Made by a program: the position numbers and the translations under genes. A stretch of DNA of 64,000 nt, from NCBI GenBank assembly GCA_032372955.1, contig GCA_032372955.1_4725.1; one strand, written 5' to 3'. This DNA is from Escherichia coli (lineage in GTDB: Bacteria > Pseudomonadota > Gammaproteobacteria > Enterobacterales > Enterobacteriaceae). The notes under the pieces are model-generated. The model saw nothing but the letters and a program-made list of their open reading frames with translations, was not told the DNA's origin and searched no databases. Positions 1-9,682 of this stretch are shown here, piece by piece; positions within the stretch are counted from its first letter, which is position 1; every line of letters starts with the position of its first letter.

Positions 1-2
1 AA

Positions 3-206
3 GACGTAGAACAGGAAGCCAAAGCAATCATGGATGCGTATGATCTCCCGATTACAGCACCAATGGTTGATGAGCTTGTTGTTCGTTCAGGTGGTCAACA
101 CGCGCTGGCCATGTTGTCTGGCGACAGTCCGGTTGTCTTCCTGGATCAGTTACGTAACCACCTACGTTGTGACGTCGTTAAAGCGGGCAGCTTTAATCAT
201 TGGTAA
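3..206 (+). CDS. hypothetical protein, 5'-truncated at window edge
   Basis: Open frame from window start to TAA at 204-206 with protein-like composition; the track ORF 34..240 is in a different frame. Confidence 0.4.
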   Translation, partial: DVEQEAKAIMDAYDLPITAPMVDELVVRSGGQHALAMLSGDSPVVFLDQLRNHLRCDVVKAGSFNHW

Positions 207-360
207 AAAAGATGTTACGTTATATTGTGTACGGAAGTAATCGTTACCGTATTTAGGTGGTTTAGCTCAACTTACATCCTTTTTGTTATCTTTGATGCCT
301 GCTACCAGGGCCGTTATGGACACCGCGTCACATAACGTCCTTTCGTCGTGATGGACGAAC

Positions 361-393
361 CTCCTTACCCATGTGGGTAAGGAGGTACTTTTT
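361..393 (+). terminator. stem-loop with T-tract (intrinsic terminator-like)
   Basis: 10-bp perfect stem ctccttaccc/gggtaaggag with 4-nt loop, then T-run. Confidence 0.5.
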
Positions 394-399
394 ATGCCG
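391..399 (+). promoter_or_regulatory. TTTATGCCG element directly after hairpin (late-promoter-like)
   Basis: Exact 9-mer recurring after hairpins upstream of plus-strand genes. Confidence 0.35.
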
Positions 400-489
400 T
401 CATTTTGATGTAAGATCTTACCAGAACTCATTATTCTACGGATACATACGCCGTATATGAACTTTATTGTTAAGTAGGAATTTAAAAAG

Positions 490-1290
490 ATGCAAGAAGA
501 ACGCGATATGCCTAAATCACCAGATGTTATTATGCAAGCCTCTGAGAAAGCCACCAAGCTTGCTGTGAGTGTGTATGGCCCATGCCATCAAGAACTGTCT
601 TATGTCGATCTGCTTCATGCGGCTGAGCGCGCATTAGCGTGGACGTTGTATATTCACAAACACGCTTACCAGGCTTCTTTTAATGCGGTTAAAGAAGCTG
701 TTTCACCAATGCTGATTGACCTTGCAGGACGTAAAGCAATCGGGACAATATCCGCCGAAGAAGAACGTTCGACCCTTCATGAAATCCTGGGGGTGGCTGA
801 CGCATACGGTATTTCACTTGCGGTTATGGAACCGCAGCAGATTACTTTCGATGTATTGAACGATCGTGCATCTATCGTAAGACAACAAATTGGCCGTGCG
901 ATGGAACATCCGTCACTACCTGCTGTTTTGACGTATTTTAACACCGTATATTGGGGTTATACGTTACACCCAGAAATCGCCGCACCAGGTTCTGTTATTC
1001 CGTGCGTCGATCTGCTGATTCGTCTGTTGTGTAATACGACAATGGAGCCGCTGCGTTCATCGCACGTTCTGTTGACGGATGAAGAATTGGATGAGCTTCG
1101 CGCTATCTCTCCGACCGCACGCAGCATGGTGCAGTTATACCGCTACTTACAGAAAGCGGACGAACAAGACTTCATGTGGGAAGATCCGTCTGAAGGTGAC
1201 AGTGATGGGGAAGAAGATATCAAACAGACCCGCAATTACAAGGTGATTCGCTTCGCACGGAACGTTGCGGTATTATTGGAAAAAAGTTGA
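490..1290 (+). CDS. hypothetical protein
   Basis: 266-aa ORF; aggaa RBS-like sequence upstream. Confidence 0.55.
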   Translation: MQEERDMPKSPDVIMQASEKATKLAVSVYGPCHQELSYVDLLHAAERALAWTLYIHKHAYQASFNAVKEAVSPMLIDLAGRKAIGTISAEEERSTLHEILGVADAYGISLAVMEPQQITFDVLNDRASIVRQQIGRAMEHPSLPAVLTYFNTVYWGYTLHPEIAAPGSVIPCVDLLIRLLCNTTMEPLRSSHVLLTDEELDELRAISPTARSMVQLYRYLQKADEQDFMWEDPSEGDSDGEEDIKQTRNYKVIRFARNVAVLLEKS

Positions 1291-1313
1291 GGTCTATATT
1301 ACCTAACTGATAG
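1291..1313 (+). promoter_or_regulatory. TATATTAC element (early-promoter-like)
   Basis: ggtcTATATTACctaactg, about 120 nt upstream of gene 1426; same 8-mer upstream of four other genes. Confidence 0.45.
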
Positions 1314-1425
1314 AACGCAAGGAGTTTAAGAAGTAAACCTTAACCGACTTGTGTTTTCCCTATGAAGAAAGAATCTTCTGATTTTATCCTTTTGATCGAT
1401 CGAAAAAACTAATTGGAGTATTAAC

Positions 1426-1905
1426 ATGTCTGAAGCTGTAGAAACCACCGTAGCGACTGAAACCACTTCTAACGTACGTCCGGAAGTTCAGGCTCTTTCT
1501 GATAAAATCGCCGCTGGTATTAAACTGGACGAATCTGGTAGCCAGAAGCTAGGCAGTGATTTCCTGGGTACTCTGGTAACACCGGAAGAAAAAGAAATCC
1601 TGGAAAAAGCACAGAAACTGACCACGGATATCGGTCTGGCTCACGGTCTGGCGGTTGGCCGCGTTGGCGCGCAGTTCATGGCGGATAACAAACAGGTTGA
1701 CGTTGTTTCTGTAACCCTGCCGCTGGGCAAAGACGTTGTGTCTGCAACGGTTCAACGTAGCGCTGAAGTTGGTTTCGGCTCTAACGAGAAGAAACAGGTT
1801 TACGGACGCCTGACCACCGCGTATAAGAAATCTTTCCCAACAACTCAGGTTAAGCATATTCGCGACAACATCAGTGCGTATGCAGCTGAGCTGCTGAAAG
1901 ACTGA
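1426..1905 (+). CDS. hypothetical protein, strong codon bias suggesting high expression
   Basis: 159-aa ORF with ggag RBS; codon usage dominated by ctg/cgt/ggt/acc. Confidence 0.6.
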   Translation: MSEAVETTVATETTSNVRPEVQALSDKIAAGIKLDESGSQKLGSDFLGTLVTPEEKEILEKAQKLTTDIGLAHGLAVGRVGAQFMADNKQVDVVSVTLPLGKDVVSATVQRSAEVGFGSNEKKQVYGRLTTAYKKSFPTTQVKHIRDNISAYAAELLKD

Positions 1906-1933
1906 TTGTAACCTAACACGTCTCTCTGTATGA

Positions 1934-1990
1934 CCCCACCGTAGCCCTGTATGGGGTTGCGGTGGCGGTTATGTCAAGGTTTTATTTTTA
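1934..1990 (+). terminator. hairpin plus T-rich tract
   Basis: ccaccg...cggtgg stem followed by ttttattttta after the stop of gene 1426. Confidence 0.45.
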
Positions 1991-2008
1991 TCCTTTGGGG
2001 TTAGCGCT

Positions 2009-2422
2009 GTGTTTTTATACACCCTTCAATTAGCCAAACATCGTTGGCTTTCAGACACACGAGCGTTCCTACTGGACACGACGGTGAAAACAGGTAACCC
2101 GCTCTTCGCACCTTCATGGGAACTTGTTACAGGAATCAAATCAAAAACGTTAACCGAGGATGAATATACCGCAGGCTACTACACGCTTATGCGCAAAAGC
2201 TTTGTTGATCATACACCGGAATGGTTGGCTTTATTCTCCCATCCGGTTGTGGTGTTAGGGTGTTATTGTCCTGCAGGAAATTTCTGTCACCGTCATTTGC
2301 TTACCGATATCCTTGAAAAGATCGCCATTCAAGAACGATTTCATTTTGTTAGGGGAGGTGAGATAACCAGTAAGGAACAGCTCGATTCATTAATCGAGTT
2401 TTGGAATAAGGAGTTTGAGTAA
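2009..2422 (+). CDS. hypothetical protein (GTG start in track)
   Basis: 137-aa ORF; start codon uncertain. Confidence 0.4.
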   Translation: MFLYTLQLAKHRWLSDTRAFLLDTTVKTGNPLFAPSWELVTGIKSKTLTEDEYTAGYYTLMRKSFVDHTPEWLALFSHPVVVLGCYCPAGNFCHRHLLTDILEKIAIQERFHFVRGGEITSKEQLDSLIEFWNKEFE

Positions 2423-2961
2423 TGAGTGTTTTTCTTATCGGTGCAGCAAAACCTAACAACAACGAACTATTGGGTATTGCGGAAGAGTTGGATGAACATG
2501 GCATGATCGTTTACTCTATCGACAAAGCGCTCAAAAGACTGGAACGGTGGCGTAATCTCGTTACGGATACACTGGATCGACGTAGCATGGTCTACGGATA
2601 TATGTTAGAACAATACGATGTCGCCGATAGAGCATCCACCACGCGTTCTGGCGCATTGTTTAAGACAACAATAGGAAGTTACCAGTTCGGTGGATTAGAA
2701 TTGCTGGAAGCGTTATATAAGCTCTCAGAGGGCATTCATCACGATGATCTCGATGACCTTCGGGAATATGTGAATGAAAGACTCCCATTCGTGATTCCAG
2801 ACGCGCAACTGATGTTATTAACACAACGTGAGGAGGAACATCTTTACAAACTTGCTTGTACGACAATGCGTCATATTCGTCGTTATCGTAATCCTGAATT
2901 CATTGAATCCCAAGAATATCCTGATGTTATTTTCATTCGTGAAGCTAAGAACACACAGTAA
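2422..2961 (+). CDS. hypothetical protein
   Basis: 179-aa ORF; aaggag RBS; ATGA overlap with upstream stop. Confidence 0.55.
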   Translation: MSVFLIGAAKPNNNELLGIAEELDEHGMIVYSIDKALKRLERWRNLVTDTLDRRSMVYGYMLEQYDVADRASTTRSGALFKTTIGSYQFGGLELLEALYKLSEGIHHDDLDDLREYVNERLPFVIPDAQLMLLTQREEEHLYKLACTTMRHIRRYRNPEFIESQEYPDVIFIREAKNTQ

Positions 2962-2973
2962 ATAAACCATAAA

Positions 2974-3032
2974 CCTTCCTTCCCCGGCCTTGACGGCTAG
3001 GGAAGGAAGGGAGGTTAATATGCTTTTTTTTT
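2974..3032. terminator. bidirectional terminator hairpin between convergent genes
   Basis: ccttccttccc/gggaaggaagg 11-bp stem; T-run on plus side, A-rich tract on the other side. Confidence 0.55.
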
Positions 3033-3035
3033 ACG

Positions 3036-3926
3036 TTACACGCGAGGTGTTACGTTTTGATAAGTATTCGGTACCTCAAAGGTATCGTTGTTATCAAAGT
3101 CGAAGGTATAGCCAACCTTCTGCGCTGCCACAGCAGGATCGATGTCGCTCAGGTAAGCCGGACGGAAATCCGGGTTCACTTTAAGCAGGTTCATCTTATC
3201 CAGCAGACGTTGTGCGAAAGCACGTACGCCGTAGTTGGTCTGTGTTAACGCGGTGAACTGAATGCTCAATTCTACCACGTTTGGCGCATCGTTCTTGTTA
3301 CGACGTGATGTCCAGTCACCGGTACCGTGAGGCATCATGTTCGTGCACAGCCAGGCGTTAACCACTTTCTTGTGTTGACGGTCCGGCTCAACGAACAGCA
3401 TTGTTGCGCTACGATAATCCGCCAGCAGGTCGGTTGGACCACCGGTGGATACGATAGACGACAACATCGGATATTTGGCATCCGGATCCATCAACAGATA
3501 CGTGATCCATTGTTCCAGGAAGTAGCTAACGGAACGACCTTCTTTCTCATAGATCCCGAAAGTCGGGTTAGAGCGAGGACGTTTAACGTCAGAGACTTCT
3601 TCCTGGATTTCACCGGAACCAGAAACCGGGACGCTAACGAATTCAACTTCCAATCCGCGTTGCAGACCGGTAATCGAATGCGCAACCTCTTCTACCAACG
3701 CCTTCAGATAACCAATCTGTACATCCGGGTTAGGTAGATAGTTGAAACCACGTGGTGCCTCCAGCAGGAGACAGAACATTTGGTTCGGAATGTAGTTGGC
3801 GTTAGCAACGTACGTACCGATATTGCTGATGTACCCGTTTTGGGCACCCGCACGAATATCGACCATAGCCGCGTTGCTAAGAGCACCAACACCCTGTTCA
3901 CCGAGTAGGGTATTATCAGGACGCAT
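3036..3926 (-). CDS. putative tail tube protein
   Basis: 296-aa ORF immediately downstream of the 690-aa gene on the same strand; gaggag RBS. Assignment from size and gene order only. Confidence 0.4.
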   Translation of the reverse strand: MRPDNTLLGEQGVGALSNAAMVDIRAGAQNGYISNIGTYVANANYIPNQMFCLLLEAPRGFNYLPNPDVQIGYLKALVEEVAHSITGLQRGLEVEFVSVPVSGSGEIQEEVSDVKRPRSNPTFGIYEKEGRSVSYFLEQWITYLLMDPDAKYPMLSSIVSTGGPTDLLADYRSATMLFVEPDRQHKKVVNAWLCTNMMPHGTGDWTSRRNKNDAPNVVELSIQFTALTQTNYGVRAFAQRLLDKMNLLKVNPDFRPAYLSDIDPAVAAQKVGYTFDFDNNDTFEVPNTYQNVTPRV

Positions 3927-3941
3927 TATGGACTCCTCTCA

Positions 3942-6014
3942 TTACGCCGCTTCTGCTGCTTCGGTGTTACGACGCAGCCCGGTGATGGTAAACGTACCCA
4001 CGGTCATGCCTGGATCGCCGATCAGGCTGATATCGCCGTGATAGCTGAAGCCGTTGTAACCGTCTTCTTTATCCAGGTAGAAACGTCCCTTAACAGTCAC
4101 ATGGTCGTTGTAACGGCCTGTGGTGTATTCCAGGAAGCGTTCGCCCATCAGTTTCAGGAACAGCGTTTCATCCATTCCTGTAGTACCGGTGGTTTCTGCC
4201 CAGAGACGATAGCAGACACGAGTCAGATCGCAACCGATGATCACGTTGATCAACGAACGCCATACCGAACGGTCGTTATTGTAGATCGTGCCCCAAGCCG
4301 GGAAGAAGTTGGAATTACGGTTGTAGGTCTGAACATAGTTCAAGCCGTTTTCCCAATCACGATCACGGACCGTTGCGTTACGATACGTCTTGTTGATTTT
4401 ACGCATCGTTGTGACAACGTTACCAGGGTTGTTATCGATGCGGGTACCGCGGATAACACCATCCGAAGCACCCATGTAAGTTGCCAGTTTATTAGCAACT
4501 TCCAGCGTCAACGGAACTTTACCCAGGCTTGGCGCTTCGATGCTTTCACCGTATTGCATGAATACAGCGGCACGGCAAGCTGGGGTGTTGTAAAGCACGC
4601 TTTCTGGATGCAGACGATAGTAGTTACGCAGCATCGCACCCATGGAGCTTTCTTCATCGACATTCAGTTCCACACCCTTCCAGGTATGGGTTGACGCAAT
4701 GATCATGACATCCGGACGCAGAGACAAGACGTTTGCCATCGCCTTCTTCGTGTCGACTTTGTAACCAATGTCATACACGATGGAGAACGGATAGAAAGCC
4801 ATGTCTTCCAGATCTTCGCCCATTCTGCCGAACGATTCGAACTGCTGTTTCGCTAACGCATCGAAGGTATCCCAGTCGACGTCACCGTCGCTACCATCAA
4901 TTGCGTAGAAGGTGCTGGTACCATCAAAGATGACGCCGCCCTGATCCGCATCGAGAACTTCGATGGTTTGATAAGGGATGCCGTTGTAATCGACACCAGT
5001 GAAGATGTTCATCTGACCTTCGACGAATTCAACGTCGGTTAACAGATCGTTGTTAACTTTGCTTTCAGATTCGTACAGTTTCTTGACGACTTCATCGATG
5101 TTCTTCTGATAAAGATGCATCTGATCCATTGGAGCAAAGATCGGGGTATTACCCGTCTCATTATACTCGTAGGCATCAACGACCACTTTACCGAAGGACA
5201 GATCGGTTTCGTCATCAGGCTGGATAACACCTTCCTGCAACGCGAAGGTTTCTTGTTCCATGCCACTGATCGTACGAATGACCGTCGGCGCAGTACGTGA
5301 AGACTTGCGTTCCACGAACTGAATGCGGTACAGGAAAGCACCGATACGTTCGATGATATCGGTACGGGTAGGGTTGCTGCTCAGCGCGGTCGGTGCTTCC
5401 AGACGTAAGCCGATGTTGTCCCCTTCAGCACCACGCCAGCTCACCATTCCATCCAGAATAGGATAGTAGTTACTCTGGGTACCATCAGCTGCGGTCAGTT
5501 GTCCGATAACCACTTCATCTTTACCGAAAGCATTAGGTGCTACGGCATCTTTGTCGTGGTTAACAATCCAACGCATTTTCACCCCGTCAACGGTTTTATC
5601 GCCGTCAGGGATTTTGTTGCCGTCGGTGTCCTTCATAAAGGACCCGTCAGCGTTACGCTGGTAAACGACCAGTTTATCGGCGACCACTTCAACACCGATA
5701 CGGATGCGCGCTGCCGTTGCATCCGGCGCAACCAAACGTTTTGTGAAGATCGCGCTACCTGTAGAAGCCGCCTGGCGAGCAATCAGTGTTGCCGGAGAAG
5801 CGTACTTACTGCGGTAGTTCAGCATATCTTCACCGTAGACTGTAGACAGGGCGTCCCCCGTTAACAGCAAGGTGTCCTCTTTACCACGACCACCCTGAAT
5901 GAAAACATACGGGAGGTGAATGGGCGTGATCTCTGGGGCTGTAACCGGATCCGTGGTAAGACCCTCTTTAAAGCCCGTAAAAATCGCGCGAGGCGTGCTA
6001 TTCTTAAGCCTCAT
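3942..6014 (-). CDS. putative tail sheath protein
   Basis: 690-aa ORF with aaggag RBS, followed directly by a ~300-aa gene (sheath/tube arrangement typical of myoviruses). Size and context only. Confidence 0.4.
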   Translation of the reverse strand: MRLKNSTPRAIFTGFKEGLTTDPVTAPEITPIHLPYVFIQGGRGKEDTLLLTGDALSTVYGEDMLNYRSKYASPATLIARQAASTGSAIFTKRLVAPDATAARIRIGVEVVADKLVVYQRNADGSFMKDTDGNKIPDGDKTVDGVKMRWIVNHDKDAVAPNAFGKDEVVIGQLTAADGTQSNYYPILDGMVSWRGAEGDNIGLRLEAPTALSSNPTRTDIIERIGAFLYRIQFVERKSSRTAPTVIRTISGMEQETFALQEGVIQPDDETDLSFGKVVVDAYEYNETGNTPIFAPMDQMHLYQKNIDEVVKKLYESESKVNNDLLTDVEFVEGQMNIFTGVDYNGIPYQTIEVLDADQGGVIFDGTSTFYAIDGSDGDVDWDTFDALAKQQFESFGRMGEDLEDMAFYPFSIVYDIGYKVDTKKAMANVLSLRPDVMIIASTHTWKGVELNVDEESSMGAMLRNYYRLHPESVLYNTPACRAAVFMQYGESIEAPSLGKVPLTLEVANKLATYMGASDGVIRGTRIDNNPGNVVTTMRKINKTYRNATVRDRDWENGLNYVQTYNRNSNFFPAWGTIYNNDRSVWRSLINVIIGCDLTRVCYRLWAETTGTTGMDETLFLKLMGERFLEYTTGRYNDHVTVKGRFYLDKEDGYNGFSYHGDISLIGDPGMTVGTFTITGLRRNTEAAEAA

Positions 6015-6041
6015 GGAACTCTCCTTAATTTAAGGAAATTG

Positions 6042-6075
6042 TATGACATAATTGCACACGTGACACAATGTCATA
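6042..6075. promoter_or_regulatory. inverted repeat in divergent intergenic region
   Basis: tatgaca...tgtcata arms in the AT-rich spacer between the sheath gene and gene 6158. Confidence 0.25.
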
Positions 6076-6157
6076 GGCATAACGTAAAATATTACAATTA
6101 TGCGTAAATCTGTGTGCTTAACCCGTTTTCTTATATGCCGTAATAAAGGAATTACAT

Positions 6158-7105
6158 ATGTTCATCTCTCCTTACGACACAACTGTTGGAACAAAACTAA
6201 AAGGCATTGACCGTATCCGAACCGCTATCGAAGTTGCTTACGTCGGCGGATTGTTAAGTGCACCCGGTGAAGAAAGTGGCGTAAACACTCCCGTTCTCGA
6301 AGTCATCGGCAACAAAAATACGTTGGACGATATCCCTTCTTTCGGCCATCCGTTGGTCATTAAAACAGTGATGGACGGACAGCGCGTTGTTATTGACCAA
6401 CGCGCTTACGCACGCACCCCAACAGATACTTCACGCCCAGGATCGCGTACTACCGTTGTTAACGAACGTGAATATAACTTTCTTCAATCACGTGCGTATC
6501 TTCAGGTAGGATGGGAATCCTTGGGCACACGTCCTTTTGAACGTCTTGGCCCTATCCCGATGCGTGTCTTTTGTGATTGGATTAGCGGACAAATCACACA
6601 GCGTTTAGGGTTGGACCTTCAACAACGTCGCGATGTTGCCATCATAACAGCATGGTATTATCTTTGCTTGTTTAAAGATAGCCTTACAAATAATGAAAGA
6701 CTAACTATGGTGCGCACCATCCAGACAACGCTTCGTTACGATTTTGCGAGCATCGGTATCGTAACCGAAAACCTGGGTTATATCCCTAACATGGCAGCTT
6801 TCGTAACAGCATTAAAAGAAAGTAATATTAGTCCCCGTTTGAACACGTTAACCCAGGCGTTGTTGTTTGAAATCACCGCTTACAGCTGGGTTGGGGGTTA
6901 TAGTAAAGAAGTTGCTGGAATTGCTTTAGAGCATCCGCCAACATTTATTCTTTTATGCTCTGCTGCTGACCACGATCGTGGTTACCGTGATACCGTGTTG
7001 GCTCGTCTCATGGCCGATCAGCGTCGTTTGGCGCGCGATGTCAATGATTTCCAAGCCAACATGAAATACCTCCTGGAGGCATGCCGTGGTGTTGAACGCT
7101 TCTAA
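6158..7105 (+). CDS. hypothetical protein
   Basis: 315-aa ORF; aaagga RBS. Confidence 0.55.
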   Translation: MFISPYDTTVGTKLKGIDRIRTAIEVAYVGGLLSAPGEESGVNTPVLEVIGNKNTLDDIPSFGHPLVIKTVMDGQRVVIDQRAYARTPTDTSRPGSRTTVVNEREYNFLQSRAYLQVGWESLGTRPFERLGPIPMRVFCDWISGQITQRLGLDLQQRRDVAIITAWYYLCLFKDSLTNNERLTMVRTIQTTLRYDFASIGIVTENLGYIPNMAAFVTALKESNISPRLNTLTQALLFEITAYSWVGGYSKEVAGIALEHPPTFILLCSAADHDRGYRDTVLARLMADQRRLARDVNDFQANMKYLLEACRGVERF

Positions 7106-9680
7106 TCCTACAGCGCAATACTTGATAAATCATGCTGCGCTGAATGTGAACTGCCGTCCATTAATGGACAACCAGCATCGTATCAAGATGCGTCGTATTA
7201 CCGGAAAGACCGGCGCAGTAAAAAACTTTACGGCTTGGCATCGTACATTCAATCTTCCTGACGATACGAATACGTTCCATGTGTTTGTTATTGGACGACA
7301 TATGGGAGAGGATTTTAATGTTGGGGCTGGGCGGTTATGGTGGCGAGAACTCAGCAAGTTCTGTGAAGTGAAGGGATCGTATTACAATATCTATACCGAG
7401 GACGGTAAAGAATTCCCGTTGACATTAACGTGGACGGGTAATCTGGAAAACGAAACGATGCTGGTCTGTGTGCTAGACCAACCGAATATCGCTGACCTTG
7501 GCGTTGGTGATTATTACTGGCGCACTTATCTCAACGCTGACTTCGCAGAAGGCTATCCGTCATACACGAAACCGGCGGGGCGTGAAGTGCATGTCCTTGG
7601 GGGGATCGTAACCAGCTCGACACAGGTTCTACAGTGGCAGCGTCAGCTATACGCCTGGCGTAAAAAGATCCAGGAAACCGGTATCGGCTGGACGCACTGC
7701 AGTATCAACGGTGAAGCGGTTGAAGACATTCCGCCGACAAGTTTTAAGATCGGTGATAGCATTCAGGTCGTCTATGACGGTACCGTTGTTCATCGGTACA
7801 GCTTCCGTGTAGAAGATCTTAAAACGTACAACAGCGATCTGGACAAAAAAGTCAAGTATCTTATTCATCCACCGAAAGATGAAGTGGATACCAAGATCAG
7901 GTATCGTGATGACATTGATATCTACGTGAAAGGGCCTAACGGAAAAGGGCGTTATTACCATACCAACCAGGAAAATAGTATCCGCATGCTCACGCATCGT
8001 GATTACGGAATTCCTGTTGATTATGTCAGCTACTTCGTTGAACGGGTTGATGGAGCAGAATCGCTTCGTGATTTAACCCTGGAAGTGGTTGTCCGTGATA
8101 GCGGTTTGAAAACGCAGTTAACCTTCGAACATAACCGCATCCACGAATTGTATAAACTTCCAGACGACGTTATCGTCGGTGCGATGTTGGAACAGAACGC
8201 CAATATACCTGAGTTCTTTGCACGTACGCTTGAAGCCAGTGATTATACGCGCATCATGCGTAATAAGGAAAGCAATATCACGATCGACATGGTGACCTCC
8301 GCTTACGGGTATAATGCGATGGCAAAACTGGTTGCAGATAGTCCACAACGCGTTACCGACGATATGGGCACACCTACCGCTGAAGTACCATGGGGTTTGC
8401 GTGCAAATGCGACGTTCTTCGAGTACGACAGTGACGGTCTATTATTGGGTATCACGCAACATCCGGCAGGCCGACATTTTTATCCGCAATATGAAACCAC
8501 GTCCTATGTTGAGGGTCGATCGGGTGTTGGTGGGAGAACGCTTGATTACGTGATGGGTGTTGCCGACGTCCCAATCCGTGAGTGGGCGAGTTACCGCTGT
8601 TATAGCGTAAACCTTCGTAACGGACAACCTGTTGCGAACACATGGAAGGATGTTACCGACGATGCTTCTGTGGTAACGGAAGAGAACGGGGTAATAAAAT
8701 GGTCGTTGGATGGAAGAAAGCAAACCGGTTTAGTATTGTTCGACACCTACTTCTTAGCGTATAAGACCACAATACAACATCGTAACCACACCGTATGGTT
8801 GGATGTTACGACGGGTATTGATGTTGAATATCCGCTGCCTTTCGAACCCGGTCAAATCGAAGTATGGTTAGGTGACGAGCGAGCAACCAAAAGCTACAGC
8901 TTGGTACGCGATATCGATTATATCGTAAAATGGCCAACGATCGTAATCAACGCGAAACGGTATTTCAGTGAAGGGAACACACACACGGTTACCGTGAGAT
9001 GCACCGGTTTTCCGCGTACGGACTTAACCGGTGAAACCGTTTACGATACCGGTTGGACGATGCATAATCAGCTTTCTTACGACGATGTGTTTAATGTTCG
9101 TGACGATCACGTTGTTCGTATTGTGGTTGGTGGACGTATTTACGATCGTAGCGAAGTGGTTACCGCGGAGGACACGCAATACCCTGCCGACATCAAAGTT
9201 AACGATGGGGTACCTTATGCGATTTATCACGTTATTGCCCCTATCCGCGGTCTCGTGAACACAGACACGTATTATCTACGCGACAAAAGTCTTGAAACCG
9301 ATAAACGCGTTGAAGACTATATGTCCTTGTATTTCCCTCGTGTGAAGTATGATACGCCAGTAACGATCGAAAACAAATACCAGCTTATCAGCCCAACGTT
9401 GATGGCGGTAACGTACGATCTTATCAATGGTGTTATCGATCCCGATCCTGACATGCAGGACGTTAAACTGATGGATTTCATGGAGCCGTATAAATGGTTC
9501 TATGACTACGATCCTGCGTTACGTAATTACGATTGGCGGATGGTCTCTATTCATCCACACGACAGTTGGACGCCGCTTGAAGTTACGGTTAAACAACTGC
9601 GGTTCTTAGAACGCGTCAGTCGTGAGTTCTTGAAAGATCGCGTGGACTTCACGAAGTTTTACACAATCAAAGGTGAGTGA
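7086..9680 (+). CDS. hypothetical large protein (possible virion component)
   Basis: 864-aa ORF; GTG start with ggagg RBS 7 nt upstream; overlaps upstream gene. Confidence 0.5.
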   Translation: MVLNASNPTAQYLINHAALNVNCRPLMDNQHRIKMRRITGKTGAVKNFTAWHRTFNLPDDTNTFHVFVIGRHMGEDFNVGAGRLWWRELSKFCEVKGSYYNIYTEDGKEFPLTLTWTGNLENETMLVCVLDQPNIADLGVGDYYWRTYLNADFAEGYPSYTKPAGREVHVLGGIVTSSTQVLQWQRQLYAWRKKIQETGIGWTHCSINGEAVEDIPPTSFKIGDSIQVVYDGTVVHRYSFRVEDLKTYNSDLDKKVKYLIHPPKDEVDTKIRYRDDIDIYVKGPNGKGRYYHTNQENSIRMLTHRDYGIPVDYVSYFVERVDGAESLRDLTLEVVVRDSGLKTQLTFEHNRIHELYKLPDDVIVGAMLEQNANIPEFFARTLEASDYTRIMRNKESNITIDMVTSAYGYNAMAKLVADSPQRVTDDMGTPTAEVPWGLRANATFFEYDSDGLLLGITQHPAGRHFYPQYETTSYVEGRSGVGGRTLDYVMGVADVPIREWASYRCYSVNLRNGQPVANTWKDVTDDASVVTEENGVIKWSLDGRKQTGLVLFDTYFLAYKTTIQHRNHTVWLDVTTGIDVEYPLPFEPGQIEVWLGDERATKSYSLVRDIDYIVKWPTIVINAKRYFSEGNTHTVTVRCTGFPRTDLTGETVYDTGWTMHNQLSYDDVFNVRDDHVVRIVVGGRIYDRSEVVTAEDTQYPADIKVNDGVPYAIYHVIAPIRGLVNTDTYYLRDKSLETDKRVEDYMSLYFPRVKYDTPVTIENKYQLISPTLMAVTYDLINGVIDPDPDMQDVKLMDFMEPYKWFYDYDPALRNYDWRMVSIHPHDSWTPLEVTVKQLRFLERVSREFLKDRVDFTKFYTIKGE

Positions 9681-9682
9681 TA

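Noticed and set aside
34-240. Track ORF of 68 aa at the window start
   Set aside because: It is in a different frame from the protein-like open frame that runs from the window edge to 206; looks like an out-of-frame artefact.
4038-4694. 218-aa plus-strand ORF (and other short ORFs such as 4733..4933, 5115..5300, 5499..5864) inside the sheath gene region
   Set aside because: Antisense to a long, well-supported minus-strand gene; Cys/Arg/His-rich composition typical of antisense frames; no RBS.
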